Source: Candidatus Micrarchaeota archaeon (lineage in GTDB: Archaea; Micrarchaeota; Micrarchaeia; Micrarchaeales; CABMGC01). Taken from it: a stretch of DNA of 64,000 nt. The translations under genes were made by a program, and so were the position numbers. The notes beneath the pieces were generated by a model that was not told the origin of the DNA, did no database searches, and saw only the letters and a program-made list of their open reading frames with translations. Shown in pieces: positions 55,793-64,000 of this stretch. Location of the stretch: positions 1,252 through 65,251 of the forward strand of contig JAJZLN010000021.1 in NCBI GenBank assembly GCA_021803425.1. The letters run 5' to 3'. How positions within the stretch are numbered: the first letter of the stretch is position 1; the number at the start of each line of letters is the position of its first letter.

Positions 55793-56349
55793 TGATGAAG
55801 GAAGGAATACGGATACTTGCAATTGACGATTCAACAATCTTTAGCTTTGAAGAAAATGTTCTTGTTGTAGGAGTCATTGGACGTAGGGATATGCTAGAAG
55901 GGATTGTATCTTTTAAAGTAATTAAAGATGGAGACGACGCAACGGAAAAGATAAAAAAAGCCGTAAAAAATTCTAGATTCAGAGAACAGATACGTATCAT
56001 AGTGCTTAATGGAACTGTAGTTGCAGGAATGAATGTTGTAGATCTTATTAAGCTTAAGAAGGAATTAAACATACCTATAATGGCTATAACAAGGAAAACC
56101 CCGCATCCGGACATGCTTAAAAAGTGCATAACCTCGTCTGAAAAACACGACTACATCAATAAGCTTAAGATACTTGATAGCAATATTAAATCAGCTAAGA
56201 TAAACGGGATAAGGAATATGTATGTGCAGTCCGTTGGAATAAACAAAAAAGACATTGCAAAACATTTTGAAAATTCAGTAAGGCTGCTCAGGATTGCGCA
56301 TATTATTGCAAATGGAGTTGCTAGGGGAGAATCGAAGGGGAGATTTTAG
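55789..56349 (+). CDS. UPF0215 / DUF99 family protein (endonuclease V-like fold, COG1628)
   Basis: IRILAIDDS......VLVVGVIGRRDMLEGIVSFKVIKDGDDATEKI matches the remembered DUF99 N-terminal consensus; 186 aa. Confidence 0.6.
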   Translation: MMMKEGIRILAIDDSTIFSFEENVLVVGVIGRRDMLEGIVSFKVIKDGDDATEKIKKAVKNSRFREQIRIIVLNGTVVAGMNVVDLIKLKKELNIPIMAITRKTPHPDMLKKCITSSEKHDYINKLKILDSNIKSAKINGIRNMYVQSVGINKKDIAKHFENSVRLLRIAHIIANGVARGESKGRF

Positions 56350-56358
56350 GTAAGTTTT

Positions 56359-57567
56359 ATGAAAAATGGATTTGAATTGCTGGATTCTTTGATCAATTCA
56401 TATAGAAACGATCTCATAAAAACAATGGAAAATATGATATCGATACGTGCAATATCACCTAAAAATGGCGGCAATGGAGAATCAGACAGGGCAGATTTCT
56501 TGGAAGATCTGCTTACATCATGGGGACTCCGAATCCAAAGACACACGTATGTTGATGATAGTGGAATAAAAAGGCCAAGCATAACTGCTAGACTAAACGG
56601 CACTGGCAGGACAGTATGGTATGTAGGCCATATTGACACTGTGACTGAAGGGGACATATCAATGTGGAGCAGGGACCCTTTTAAGGCGTTTGTTGAAGGC
56701 AACAGGATATATGGAAGGGGCACTAATGATGACGGACAAGGAATATTATCTTCAATGTATGCGCTTAAGGCGCTGAAAGAATCAGGACTGAAAACCAGAT
56801 ATGATTTTGGACTTGTACTTGCCGCAGATGAGGAAAACGGAAGCAGGTATGGAATGCAGAAACTCGTTGAAGAGAGAATGTTCAATAAGGAAGACATGTT
56901 TGTTGTGCCAGATTGGATGACTCCGAATGGCACTGCGATAGAAATCGGTGAAAAGGGAATGCTATGGCTAAAGATAACTGTAATTGGAAAGCAGATGCAT
57001 GCGAGCACTCCGGAAAATGGCAAAAATGCCTATAGGCAAATGATACTATTCCTCAATGACGTAGACTTGCTACTCCATTCAAAATATAATTCAAGGAATA
57101 ATATATTCAGGCCAAACATTTCCACTTTTGAGATGACAAAACATGAAAAGAACGTTGACAGCATAAACATAATACCAGGGATTGAAGTTTCGTATATGGA
57201 TTGTAGAATTTTGCCAGAGTATAACATAGATCACATAATATCAGATATAAAAACACTTGCTGCATCTGAAAAATTTGAAGACGTCCGCATAGATGTTGCT
57301 GAGATTTTGAAAGATGAACCTGCACCTATTACGGATCCGAACTCGGAAATAGTGAAACTGCTTGGCTCGGCCATTAAAGATCTGCGTGGTAAAAAGGTGG
57401 AAACTGTGGGCATAGGAGGAGGAACATGCGCCGCATTTCCAAGACGCGCAGGAATGCAGGCTGTTGTGTGGTCAACAGGACCTGAAACCGCGCATAGTCC
57501 AAACGAATATACGGACATAAATGATATTATTAACGATGCAAAGGTGTTTGCATATATGCTTCTGTAA
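56359..57567 (+). CDS. M20 family metallopeptidase (ArgE/DapE/CPG2-like)
   Basis: Metal-ligand motifs VGHIDTV, GRGTNDDGQG and AADEENGS; 402 aa with a dimerisation-domain insert. Confidence 0.85.
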   Translation: MKNGFELLDSLINSYRNDLIKTMENMISIRAISPKNGGNGESDRADFLEDLLTSWGLRIQRHTYVDDSGIKRPSITARLNGTGRTVWYVGHIDTVTEGDISMWSRDPFKAFVEGNRIYGRGTNDDGQGILSSMYALKALKESGLKTRYDFGLVLAADEENGSRYGMQKLVEERMFNKEDMFVVPDWMTPNGTAIEIGEKGMLWLKITVIGKQMHASTPENGKNAYRQMILFLNDVDLLLHSKYNSRNNIFRPNISTFEMTKHEKNVDSINIIPGIEVSYMDCRILPEYNIDHIISDIKTLAASEKFEDVRIDVAEILKDEPAPITDPNSEIVKLLGSAIKDLRGKKVETVGIGGGTCAAFPRRAGMQAVVWSTGPETAHSPNEYTDINDIINDAKVFAYMLL

Positions 57568-57603
57568 TACGTTTAAGCGCAGGTTTGTACACTTCTTTAC
57601 TTG

Positions 57604-58278
57604 CTATACTAAATTTTTGATTATGGTGCGCAATATCGCATAGCCATCATTGAATGTCCTTAGTTTAGGATCTCCGGCGGCCCTTTGCTTCTCTGTGCTT
57701 GGAACCTCTAGGACTTTGAGGCGATTCTTCATTGCTTTTATATTTATTTCTGTTTCGATCCCGAATCCCGTCTCTTTTAAACCAAGTTTCTCTATAGCTT
57801 TCCTACTGAAGCTCCGGTAACCATAACACATATCGCTATAGTTAGACCCGAATATGGCATTCACAAGCCATACGAAGAACCTATTTCCGAACTTTCTTAT
57901 TAATGAGATGTCTTCCGAACTCCCGCCGGCCATGAACCTAGACCCCATACATACGTCATATCCTATCTCAATGCCCTTTATAAGAAGATTCAGTTCCTTC
58001 GGTTCATTTGACAGATCCGCATCCATAGCAACCACTATGTCGCCTCTTGAATATCCCAATCCTTTTATAAGCGCCGAACCTTTGCCAATATTGTCATATA
58101 TTACCGTTGCCCCTGCATTCCTTGATATTGCGGCAGTATTGTCTGAAGAATGCCCATCAACAACTATTATCTCGTATTTCTTGCTGCCCAACACACGCTT
58201 TACGCCATTTATTACGTGTGCTATGTTTTTATCTTCATTCAGCGCAGGAATAACTATCGAAATTTTTTCCTTAGTCAT
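57604..58278 (-). CDS. Family 2 glycosyltransferase (dolichyl-phosphate sugar synthase-like)
   Basis: ISIVIPALNEDKNI, VVDGHSSDNT and the MDADLS (DxD) motif; 224 aa. Confidence 0.85.
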   Translation of the reverse strand: MTKEKISIVIPALNEDKNIAHVINGVKRVLGSKKYEIIVVDGHSSDNTAAISRNAGATVIYDNIGKGSALIKGLGYSRGDIVVAMDADLSNEPKELNLLIKGIEIGYDVCMGSRFMAGGSSEDISLIRKFGNRFFVWLVNAIFGSNYSDMCYGYRSFSRKAIEKLGLKETGFGIETEINIKAMKNRLKVLEVPSTEKQRAAGDPKLRTFNDGYAILRTIIKNLV

Positions 58279-58282
58279 AAGA

Positions 58283-58927
58283 TCAGTCGAATCTTATAGC
58301 ATATGTATTCTTGTAGAGTTTTTTTCCGCCTTTTACCCCTGCCAGCGTAAACGAGGTGTTCGGATGCAACTTCATCTTTGATATTAATGCGCCTGCAAGC
58401 CTCTTGCTGCTCAGATACATGTCGATACCGTTGTCCTTTGGTTCAGTCCTCGTTACGAATTCATTATTTGACTCGAAGAATCTTGTGACCCTATCTGCAA
58501 ATTTTTCAATCTTATGCGGATTTCCCCTCAACTGCATGACGGCTTCATGATAGTTGCATGCTTTTTTGTAGCATTTGTCGCATAGTGTCTTTTTGTATTC
58601 AATGCTGATTTCAGATTCAACAGACAACGTGCCGTTTTCCATTTCTTCAGAAACATCGATTCTTGCAGAACCTTCGGAATGGGAAATGAGATGCATTATA
58701 AAGCCCTTAAAGTAAGGCCTTATCGCAGATTCGATGGCTCTGCCATTAGGTTCAGTATATTGTCCGTCTGATTTGATCTTTCCGCACCTTTTACACCTAG
58801 ATATCTCAACCTTGGAGGGAAGAAGCGCGGAAAACCTGCCCTTTGAGCATTTCTCGCAAAAATTTCCGAAGAATGCGATTTTATCACTTGAATTACCGCA
58901 TGTGGGACAATATTTAGGCATTTTCAC
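58283..58927 (-). CDS. NMD3-like zinc-ribbon protein (short archaeal form)
   Basis: N-terminal Cys clusters CPTCGN...CEKC and CKRCGK, then CDKC, arranged as in the NMD3 N-terminal domain. At 214 aa it is shorter than typical NMD3. Confidence 0.5.
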   Translation of the reverse strand: MKMPKYCPTCGNSSDKIAFFGNFCEKCSKGRFSALLPSKVEISRCKRCGKIKSDGQYTEPNGRAIESAIRPYFKGFIMHLISHSEGSARIDVSEEMENGTLSVESEISIEYKKTLCDKCYKKACNYHEAVMQLRGNPHKIEKFADRVTRFFESNNEFVTRTEPKDNGIDMYLSSKRLAGALISKMKLHPNTSFTLAGVKGGKKLYKNTYAIRFD

Positions 58928-60509
58928 TACCCCCGTAATGCCTGCTCACTATTGCCCCGTATGAAGGCCTTGTAATAAATGCGCCAAGTAGCGCACCTAT
59001 TATCGTAGATTCAGAAAAGCCTATCACAGTCACCAAAGATGTCGAGAAGAACAGAGGAAGCATCGCTATTATAAGAAGCGCAGCGTCTGCCCAAACGATA
59101 TAGAATGCATTGCTAAGTTTTATTTTCATTGATGAATCATGGCTCTTGTTTAGCACTTCGTCTGTTATAATTATTTGCGCGTCTACACCAGTACCTATTA
59201 CAGCTATCATTCCGGCTATTGCAGAAAGATCTATTGTACCTATTACCCCTATAACAGATATTATTATAAAAAGTTCGGCAAGAGTAGTTAATATTATTGG
59301 CGCTATTAGAAAGAGCCGTTTGTATCTTATTGCTATTACAATAGAAACTGCAATGACTGCAAGAAGAAGCGCTATTTCACTTATTGTTTCGAATGATTTC
59401 CCCAATGTTGGAGGGGTTACTGTAGGCTGCCCTACTATTACATGCACTGGAAGAGCTCCGCCATTAAGAACGCTCTCTATGAGCTTTGACTGAGTGGATG
59501 CAAAAGTAAGCTCTGTTGCAAGGTTTGAAGGAGGTGAAAATCCAGATATTATGTAACCTTGGCTTACGGAGCCATTGGTGACCCCAGAATTTAGTACTGG
59601 AGCTGATAGCAGGCCAACAGCCGGCCATGATTGAAGAGCTACTGACGTACTGAGATTTGCATTCTGGAACGTTGAAAATGAAGGTGTCATATTTGCAACA
59701 GATATTTTTTCTATAGAATAATTGAGAGAAGTAAGATTTGACAGAACATACTGCGGAGTGCCATTTGACAGCATCACCTGTGAATATTTTCCCTTATTTG
59801 ATTTGAAGAATTGATAAATAGAATTCCAATTGCTGTAATCAGGATTTGCTATTTCAATTGGTATTGTCTTGTTGCCAAGTGCAACTGCACTCTCCAAGTA
59901 ATTTAATTCCGTTTGTTCAGTAGTGCTGCTGCTTCCGCCGCCTATCAAAGACGAATTTATAAGAACTATCGCGCTTGATGGTCTGTCCAAAAACATGAAT
60001 AGGGGCTTATTCGCCTGCCCGAATACTATCTTTGCAAAATTGACTGCTGCCTGCTGCGTTATATAAAAATTCACAGACCATGAAACATTGTTTCCCGATA
60101 CGGTGGGCTGGGCTGCACCTACGCTGCCGCTCAGTATGCCTGATCCGTCTATCGCCACCTTTCCATTAACTATGCCCTGGAATACGCCTTGGCTCTGTAT
60201 TAGATCGACAGTATTCTGTATGTCGCTCTGTGACACACTTGGTATCTGCACGAGTACCTGTGAATTCCCAATACCCTCTATAGTTATCTCCTTAAGCCCG
60301 AATGTAGACAGCCGCTGCTGCAGTATTGATATTATTTGGCTTGTTTCGTTTGCAGGCACGCTATGCTCAAATGTAACCGGTATTTGCGTGCCGCCTGCAA
60401 ACTCTATACCAAGATGTATCCCGTATACATAATCAAAGGCCCCAAGAATCAGCAGTATTACTATGAGTGATATAATTCTCTTGTCCTTTAGATAGTCCAT
60501 TATTGACAT
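58914..60509 (-). CDS. secD: Protein-export membrane protein SecD
   Basis: N-terminal TM, a large extracytoplasmic domain rich in N-x-S/T, and a C-terminal 5-TM block with LSAIAGMIAVIGTGVDAQIIITDEVL. 531 aa; follows secF. Confidence 0.75.
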   Translation of the reverse strand: MSIMDYLKDKRIISLIVILLILGAFDYVYGIHLGIEFAGGTQIPVTFEHSVPANETSQIISILQQRLSTFGLKEITIEGIGNSQVLVQIPSVSQSDIQNTVDLIQSQGVFQGIVNGKVAIDGSGILSGSVGAAQPTVSGNNVSWSVNFYITQQAAVNFAKIVFGQANKPLFMFLDRPSSAIVLINSSLIGGGSSSTTEQTELNYLESAVALGNKTIPIEIANPDYSNWNSIYQFFKSNKGKYSQVMLSNGTPQYVLSNLTSLNYSIEKISVANMTPSFSTFQNANLSTSVALQSWPAVGLLSAPVLNSGVTNGSVSQGYIISGFSPPSNLATELTFASTQSKLIESVLNGGALPVHVIVGQPTVTPPTLGKSFETISEIALLLAVIAVSIVIAIRYKRLFLIAPIILTTLAELFIIISVIGVIGTIDLSAIAGMIAVIGTGVDAQIIITDEVLNKSHDSSMKIKLSNAFYIVWADAALLIIAMLPLFFSTSLVTVIGFSESTIIGALLGAFITRPSYGAIVSRHYGGSENA

Positions 60510-61666
60510 TATTTTACACGCTCTTTTCTCTTGATATATAGCAATATCATTGATGCATTCCCCAGCCAGGTAGTTGCAAGATCACCTATGAGCCCAAACA
60601 GCACTACACCGGATATCTCATAATATGTTGGAACGTATAACACCAGTGAAACTATAAATAATACGGCAAATGACACTATTGCGGTAAAAGTCATGGTTAA
60701 ACCTGTCTTCATTGAGGAATATGCTCTGTCTTCAGGTGTGCCTTCATGCCGCTTTATTATCCTTATTGCAGTGAGAACGTCGGTGTCTATGGAATATCCC
60801 AAAAGCATCAGCAACCCACCTATGCTGGCTATGCCAAGTGGTATTCTGAATAACGACATTGCCCCTATTGCAACTATCATGTCATTTGCTGCACCAAATA
60901 CTACTGCAAATGATGGAACTGCCGTCCTAAATATAAAAAACACTATTATGGATATTAGAATGAATGCAATGATTATGATTGTTTCAAGTTGCTGAAGGAA
61001 ATAGCTGCTTTGCAGAACAGATATCTGTTGGTAGGAATAGGATTTAGATGGCACTACGGACAATATTCCGGACATGATGGTTTTTTCATAGGTATTGCCG
61101 GCTTCGGAATACATGCTTTGTGCGGAAGAAAGCAAAGAATCGGCATTCGTATTGTTTATGTAAGGCGACTTCACAAAAGGAGACAATGATGAAGATTCAA
61201 GATTTATGTAATGCTGCATGCCTGCCAGAGATATATTTTCACCTTTTTGACTTGAATTTAAGAGCTCTGCGAGGGTGTGGTTTGACGGCTCTTTTGAAAG
61301 CGCTATCTGGTAATTCGTTGCATTAAGCAAATAGCTGCTGTAATTTGAGTGGTACTGATATACATCAAGAAGATAATTTTCAGCATTTGAAAGGCTCCTG
61401 TTTGCGGATATAGTTATCTGAACTTCTGAACTGGTAACTTGTACTGTGGGACTTGGAATATTCAGTGACTGTGAAAGCTTTGAGGCGATCTGTTGTGCAT
61501 TCATACTTGTATTTGCCTGCAGTAGTACACTGACGCCGCCGCTCAGTGACGAATCTAAAGTAAGATTCTGCGATAGGTATACACTTACGAGCATTAATAT
61601 TATTGGAACTGCTATGAAAACTTTCAGATTCTTGTAGGTATATATGTTCGGTATGGAAAATTTCAT
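60509..61666 (-). CDS. secF: Protein-export membrane protein SecF, with enlarged extracytoplasmic domain
   Basis: N-terminal TM, an extracytoplasmic domain of about 200 aa, and a C-terminal TM block with IASIGGLLMLLGYSIDTDVLTAIRIIKR. Its stop abuts the secD start. secF-secD is the usual archaeal order. Confidence 0.7.
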   Translation of the reverse strand: MKFSIPNIYTYKNLKVFIAVPIILMLVSVYLSQNLTLDSSLSGGVSVLLQANTSMNAQQIASKLSQSLNIPSPTVQVTSSEVQITISANRSLSNAENYLLDVYQYHSNYSSYLLNATNYQIALSKEPSNHTLAELLNSSQKGENISLAGMQHYINLESSSLSPFVKSPYINNTNADSLLSSAQSMYSEAGNTYEKTIMSGILSVVPSKSYSYQQISVLQSSYFLQQLETIIIIAFILISIIVFFIFRTAVPSFAVVFGAANDMIVAIGAMSLFRIPLGIASIGGLLMLLGYSIDTDVLTAIRIIKRHEGTPEDRAYSSMKTGLTMTFTAIVSFAVLFIVSLVLYVPTYYEISGVVLFGLIGDLATTWLGNASMILLYIKRKERVK

Positions 61667-61686
61667 GAAATCAAGACGTTATAGGT

Positions 61687-62058
61687 TCAGCCGTATCTTT
61701 TCATCAGCTTATGATGAAGAGCTTCTGTAAGTCCAAAAAGTATGAGCATCACCGCAAATAATATTAAGGACGAACCAAAAAACATGTTTATTGTAAAACC
61801 AAGCTGGCTGTAAAACATTAGAAACGTGCCTATAACAAGAAGATAAATGCCCCAATACACTGATCGGAATATATGCCATCCTTGATGTCTCTCCCTGTAG
61901 TGAAGCATCCTTTCAACAACAAGCTGTGGATCTATAACAACTACATTCTTGCCCTTATGTTCCTCATGCTGAATTGGCATAATATCACGTATTCCTATAA
62001 TTATATAATATTTTAACCCTTTCGGGAAGAAATCTTCTTGAAGTGAAAGTGAGAACAT
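61687..62058 (-). CDS. Small membrane protein, hypothetical
   Basis: Two C-terminal TM helices. The probable start is the internal Met (MPIQHEEHKG). Confidence 0.35.
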   Translation of the reverse strand: MFSLSLQEDFFPKGLKYYIIIGIRDIMPIQHEEHKGKNVVVIDPQLVVERMLHYRERHQGWHIFRSVYWGIYLLVIGTFLMFYSQLGFTINMFFGSSLILFAVMLILFGLTEALHHKLMKRYG

Positions 62059-62088
62059 ATTTAAATGATAAATGCATAACCTTTCATT

Positions 62089-62562
62089 ATGAAGATTTCG
62101 AATAAAATTAACACAAACATACCTGATCCTGAAATAATCACCGTAATTAGCAAAATGCGCAATAACGAAAATGTGTGGAATAAAAGACTCCTTGAAAGTA
62201 ATGGAATTAAAAAAGCGCCGTCTGCCGAGGAGGTCGTTGAAGCTCTGAACTATTCAAGATCAGATGAATCAAAAGAATTTGATGAATATGCAAAAAAAAT
62301 GAGCATGCTTGCATTCAGGAATGTTATAAGAGAATCGGATAGGGGAGATTTCTGGAAGAAACTGGGATTCAATCTTAACGCAGCAATTCACTTCGCAAAG
62401 GCAGCCGAAATTGCATACAGGCACGGCGTACCGGATTGGCCTTCGGTATTGATAGATCAAGCAGAAAAGGCATACGCTGCATTGGAGTCATTGACAGGTT
62501 CTGGTCCGCATGGACTTGATGAAAAGATAAAAGATATAAAGAAACGTATATTCGAAGGATAG
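62089..62562 (+). CDS. Hypothetical helical protein
   Basis: 157-aa ORF. AIHFAKAAEIAYRHG and QAEKAYAALESL helices are loosely reminiscent of the helical-repeat ORFs at 1287, 30532 and 31368. Confidence 0.4.
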   Translation: MKISNKINTNIPDPEIITVISKMRNNENVWNKRLLESNGIKKAPSAEEVVEALNYSRSDESKEFDEYAKKMSMLAFRNVIRESDRGDFWKKLGFNLNAAIHFAKAAEIAYRHGVPDWPSVLIDQAEKAYAALESLTGSGPHGLDEKIKDIKKRIFEG

Positions 62563-62710
62563 GCCTGCAGCCAAATTAAACTTGCAGGGAAAAAAGAATA
62601 ATTCTGAAAATTAGTATCTTTTGTAGCAGTATTTTCTGCAACGATAGGATTTGCATTTAAAAAGCAGACATCCCACCAATTTATAACATTTGGATTCCTA
62701 AATAACCGAT

Positions 62711-63301
62711 ATGAAACTAGAGACAAAAAGATTAATACTAAGAGATTGGAATAAAAAGGACATCAACGACATAATTGAAGGATTGAATAATTATAACATT
62801 TCGAAGTGGTTAGTGTTAGTTCCTTATCCTTACACTAAAAAAGATGCAGAAGAGTGGATAAGTTACTGCAAACAGAATGCTAAAGGCAAAAATAGGAGTT
62901 ACTATTTTGCAATAGAACTAAAATCAGAGAAGAAAGTTATTGGAGGAATAGGCATAGATAAATTAAACATGTTTCATGAAATAGGTAGCGATGGATTTTG
63001 GATAAATGCAAAATATCATGGTCAAGGATATGGAACCGAGGCATTATCTGAAACGATAGAATTTGCATTTAACAAATTGAAGTTACGTAGATTGGAAAGT
63101 GGCGTCTTTAAAGGAAATATGCCCTCGCTTAAGTTACAAAAGAAGTTCGGATACAAAATCGAAGGTCTTAGAAAGAAGGGATTCAGATGTAAGGCTGATG
63201 GAAAATTAAAGGATGAGTATATCACTGCTTTATTAAAGGAAGATTGGAATAAAAAATATGCTACCAACAGATTTTTTATCCGGTTTCTTCCCATACCTTA
63301 A
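62711..63301 (+). CDS. GNAT family N-acetyltransferase (RimJ/RimL-like)
   Basis: LETKRLILRDW N-terminus and the acetyl-CoA-binding motif HGQGYGTEAL; 196 aa. Confidence 0.85.
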   Translation: MKLETKRLILRDWNKKDINDIIEGLNNYNISKWLVLVPYPYTKKDAEEWISYCKQNAKGKNRSYYFAIELKSEKKVIGGIGIDKLNMFHEIGSDGFWINAKYHGQGYGTEALSETIEFAFNKLKLRRLESGVFKGNMPSLKLQKKFGYKIEGLRKKGFRCKADGKLKDEYITALLKEDWNKKYATNRFFIRFLPIP

Positions 63302-63352
63302 ATCTTGGTGAACAGCGAATATTTACCTCCAGGGCTTTAACTTTATTAAGTA

Positions 63353-63439
63353 TGCAGGAGGAGAGATTTGAACTCTCGTATCCACTAAAGGAAACAGGCC
63401 CTGAACCTGTCGCATTTGACCAAGCTCTGCCACCCCTGC
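63353..63439 (-). tRNA. tRNA-Leu (anticodon CAG)
   Basis: Manual fold of the reverse complement: acceptor GCAGGGG/CTCCTGC (one G-U); anticodon stem ACAGG/CCTGT with loop TTCAGGG; long variable arm; T arm GAGAG-TTCAAAT-CTCTC; discriminator A. 87 nt. Confidence 0.9.
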
Positions 63440-63498
63440 GCATTATTATATTTTAGGTAAATGCATTAAAACTCTGCTGTAATTAGATATATAGTGAT

Positions 63499-64000
63499 TT
63501 GTTGCTTATAGGCCTCATAGGTGCGCCAAACAAAGGCAAAAGCACCATATTTTCTTCGCTTACGCAGATGGATGTTGGGATAGCAAATTATGCCTTCACA
63601 ACAATAAAACCGAATCTCGGGGTGACTTATGCAACTAAAAAGTGCGCGGACGCTGCACTTAATGTAAAATGCAACCCAAAAAACTCTTTTTGCAGGAATG
63701 GCATCAGATACTTGCCAGTAAATGTCATTGACGTGGCAGGCCTCGTTCCAGGAGCGCACTTGGGAAAGGGGATGGGAAATCAGTTCTTGGATGATCTGAT
63801 AAGCGCAGATGCGCTTATACAGGTAGTGGATATGAGTGGAAAGACGGACGTAAATGGCAATGCATGCCAGACAAGCAACCCGTTTGAAGAGATTGAAATG
63901 GTGCGTAATGAGATGTCTGAATGGCTTGCGCATATAATAACAGGGCATATGCAAAAGCTTTCCAAGAGGCAAGACGGTGACCGCGCTATGATTGAACTGT
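63499..64000 (+). CDS. Obg-family (YchF/Ygr210-like) GTPase; 3' end outside the window (absent from the ORF track)
   Basis: Manual translation gives (L)LLIGLIGAPNKGKSTIFSSLT (G1), NYAFTTIKPNLG (G2), VIDVAGLVPGAHLGKGMGNQFLDDLISADALIQVVD (G3 and after). No in-frame ATG follows the stop at 63484..63486, so a TTG at 63499 or 63502 is the probable start. The frame stays open to base 64000. Confidence 0.75.
   Translation, partial: MLLIGLIGAPNKGKSTIFSSLTQMDVGIANYAFTTIKPNLGVTYATKKCADAALNVKCNPKNSFCRNGIRYLPVNVIDVAGLVPGAHLGKGMGNQFLDDLISADALIQVVDMSGKTDVNGNACQTSNPFEEIEMVRNEMSEWLAHIITGHMQKLSKRQDGDRAMIEL

Noticed and set aside
56346-57023. 225-aa minus-strand ORF
   Set aside because: It is antisense to the M20 peptidase gene, which has clear metal-ligand motifs. 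Its composition is Ser/Pro/Ile-rich and implausible.
63466-63972. 168-aa minus-strand ORF
   Set aside because: The opposite strand encodes an unmistakable P-loop GTPase (G1/G2/G3 motifs), so the minus-strand frame is a shadow ORF.

Overview
AT-rich archaeal chromosomal segment. Archaea-specific markers include aIF2-beta, aIF1A, aIF6, ribosomal proteins S3Ae/S8e/S19e/L31e/L39e, Alba, RpoL, FBP aldolase/phosphatase, a DGGGP-synthase-like UbiA, RIO kinase, short XPF, prefoldin alpha and SecDF. All family calls come from motif recognition by eye; no searches were run. RNA genes stand out as GC-rich islands: a solitary 16S rRNA (minus strand, no linked 23S/5S/tRNA) with a long flanking processing stem and mismatches at the universal primer sites; an SRP (7S) RNA followed 14 nt later by tRNA-Ser(GCU); and tRNA-Leu(CAG). 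Housekeeping blocks: a MacB-type ABC triad, a lipoylation module (lplB-lplA, lipA), valS, aspS, a gap-fbp-pgk operon, argF, pyrH, sdhA-(membrane ORF)-sdhB-fumC, and the conserved S19e-PDCD5-L39e-L31e-aIF6-pfdA-ftsY cluster. Two genes missing from the ORF track were found: L39e (54390..54548) and a TTG-initiated Obg-like GTPase (63499..end). Most interesting observations: (1) an SDH operon with no canonical sdhC/D, instead a small hydrophobic ORF plus a 2-TM extension fused to SdhB; (2) an accessory-looking island at 30.5-34.1 kb with two tandem helical-repeat paralogs, then a wHTH regulator, an ankyrin-repeat protein and an unknown protein, with a shared ATATGGGGCAA motif; (3) a three-gene operon (377..2218) ending in a coiled-coil protein with a RelE/ParE-like C-terminal domain; (4) a possible R-S-ExE ADP-ribosyltransferase beside the 16S gene; (5) a degenerate free-standing LAGLIDADG-like ORF and a papain-like ORF near the 16S gene. 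No CRISPR array, transposase or integrase was seen.
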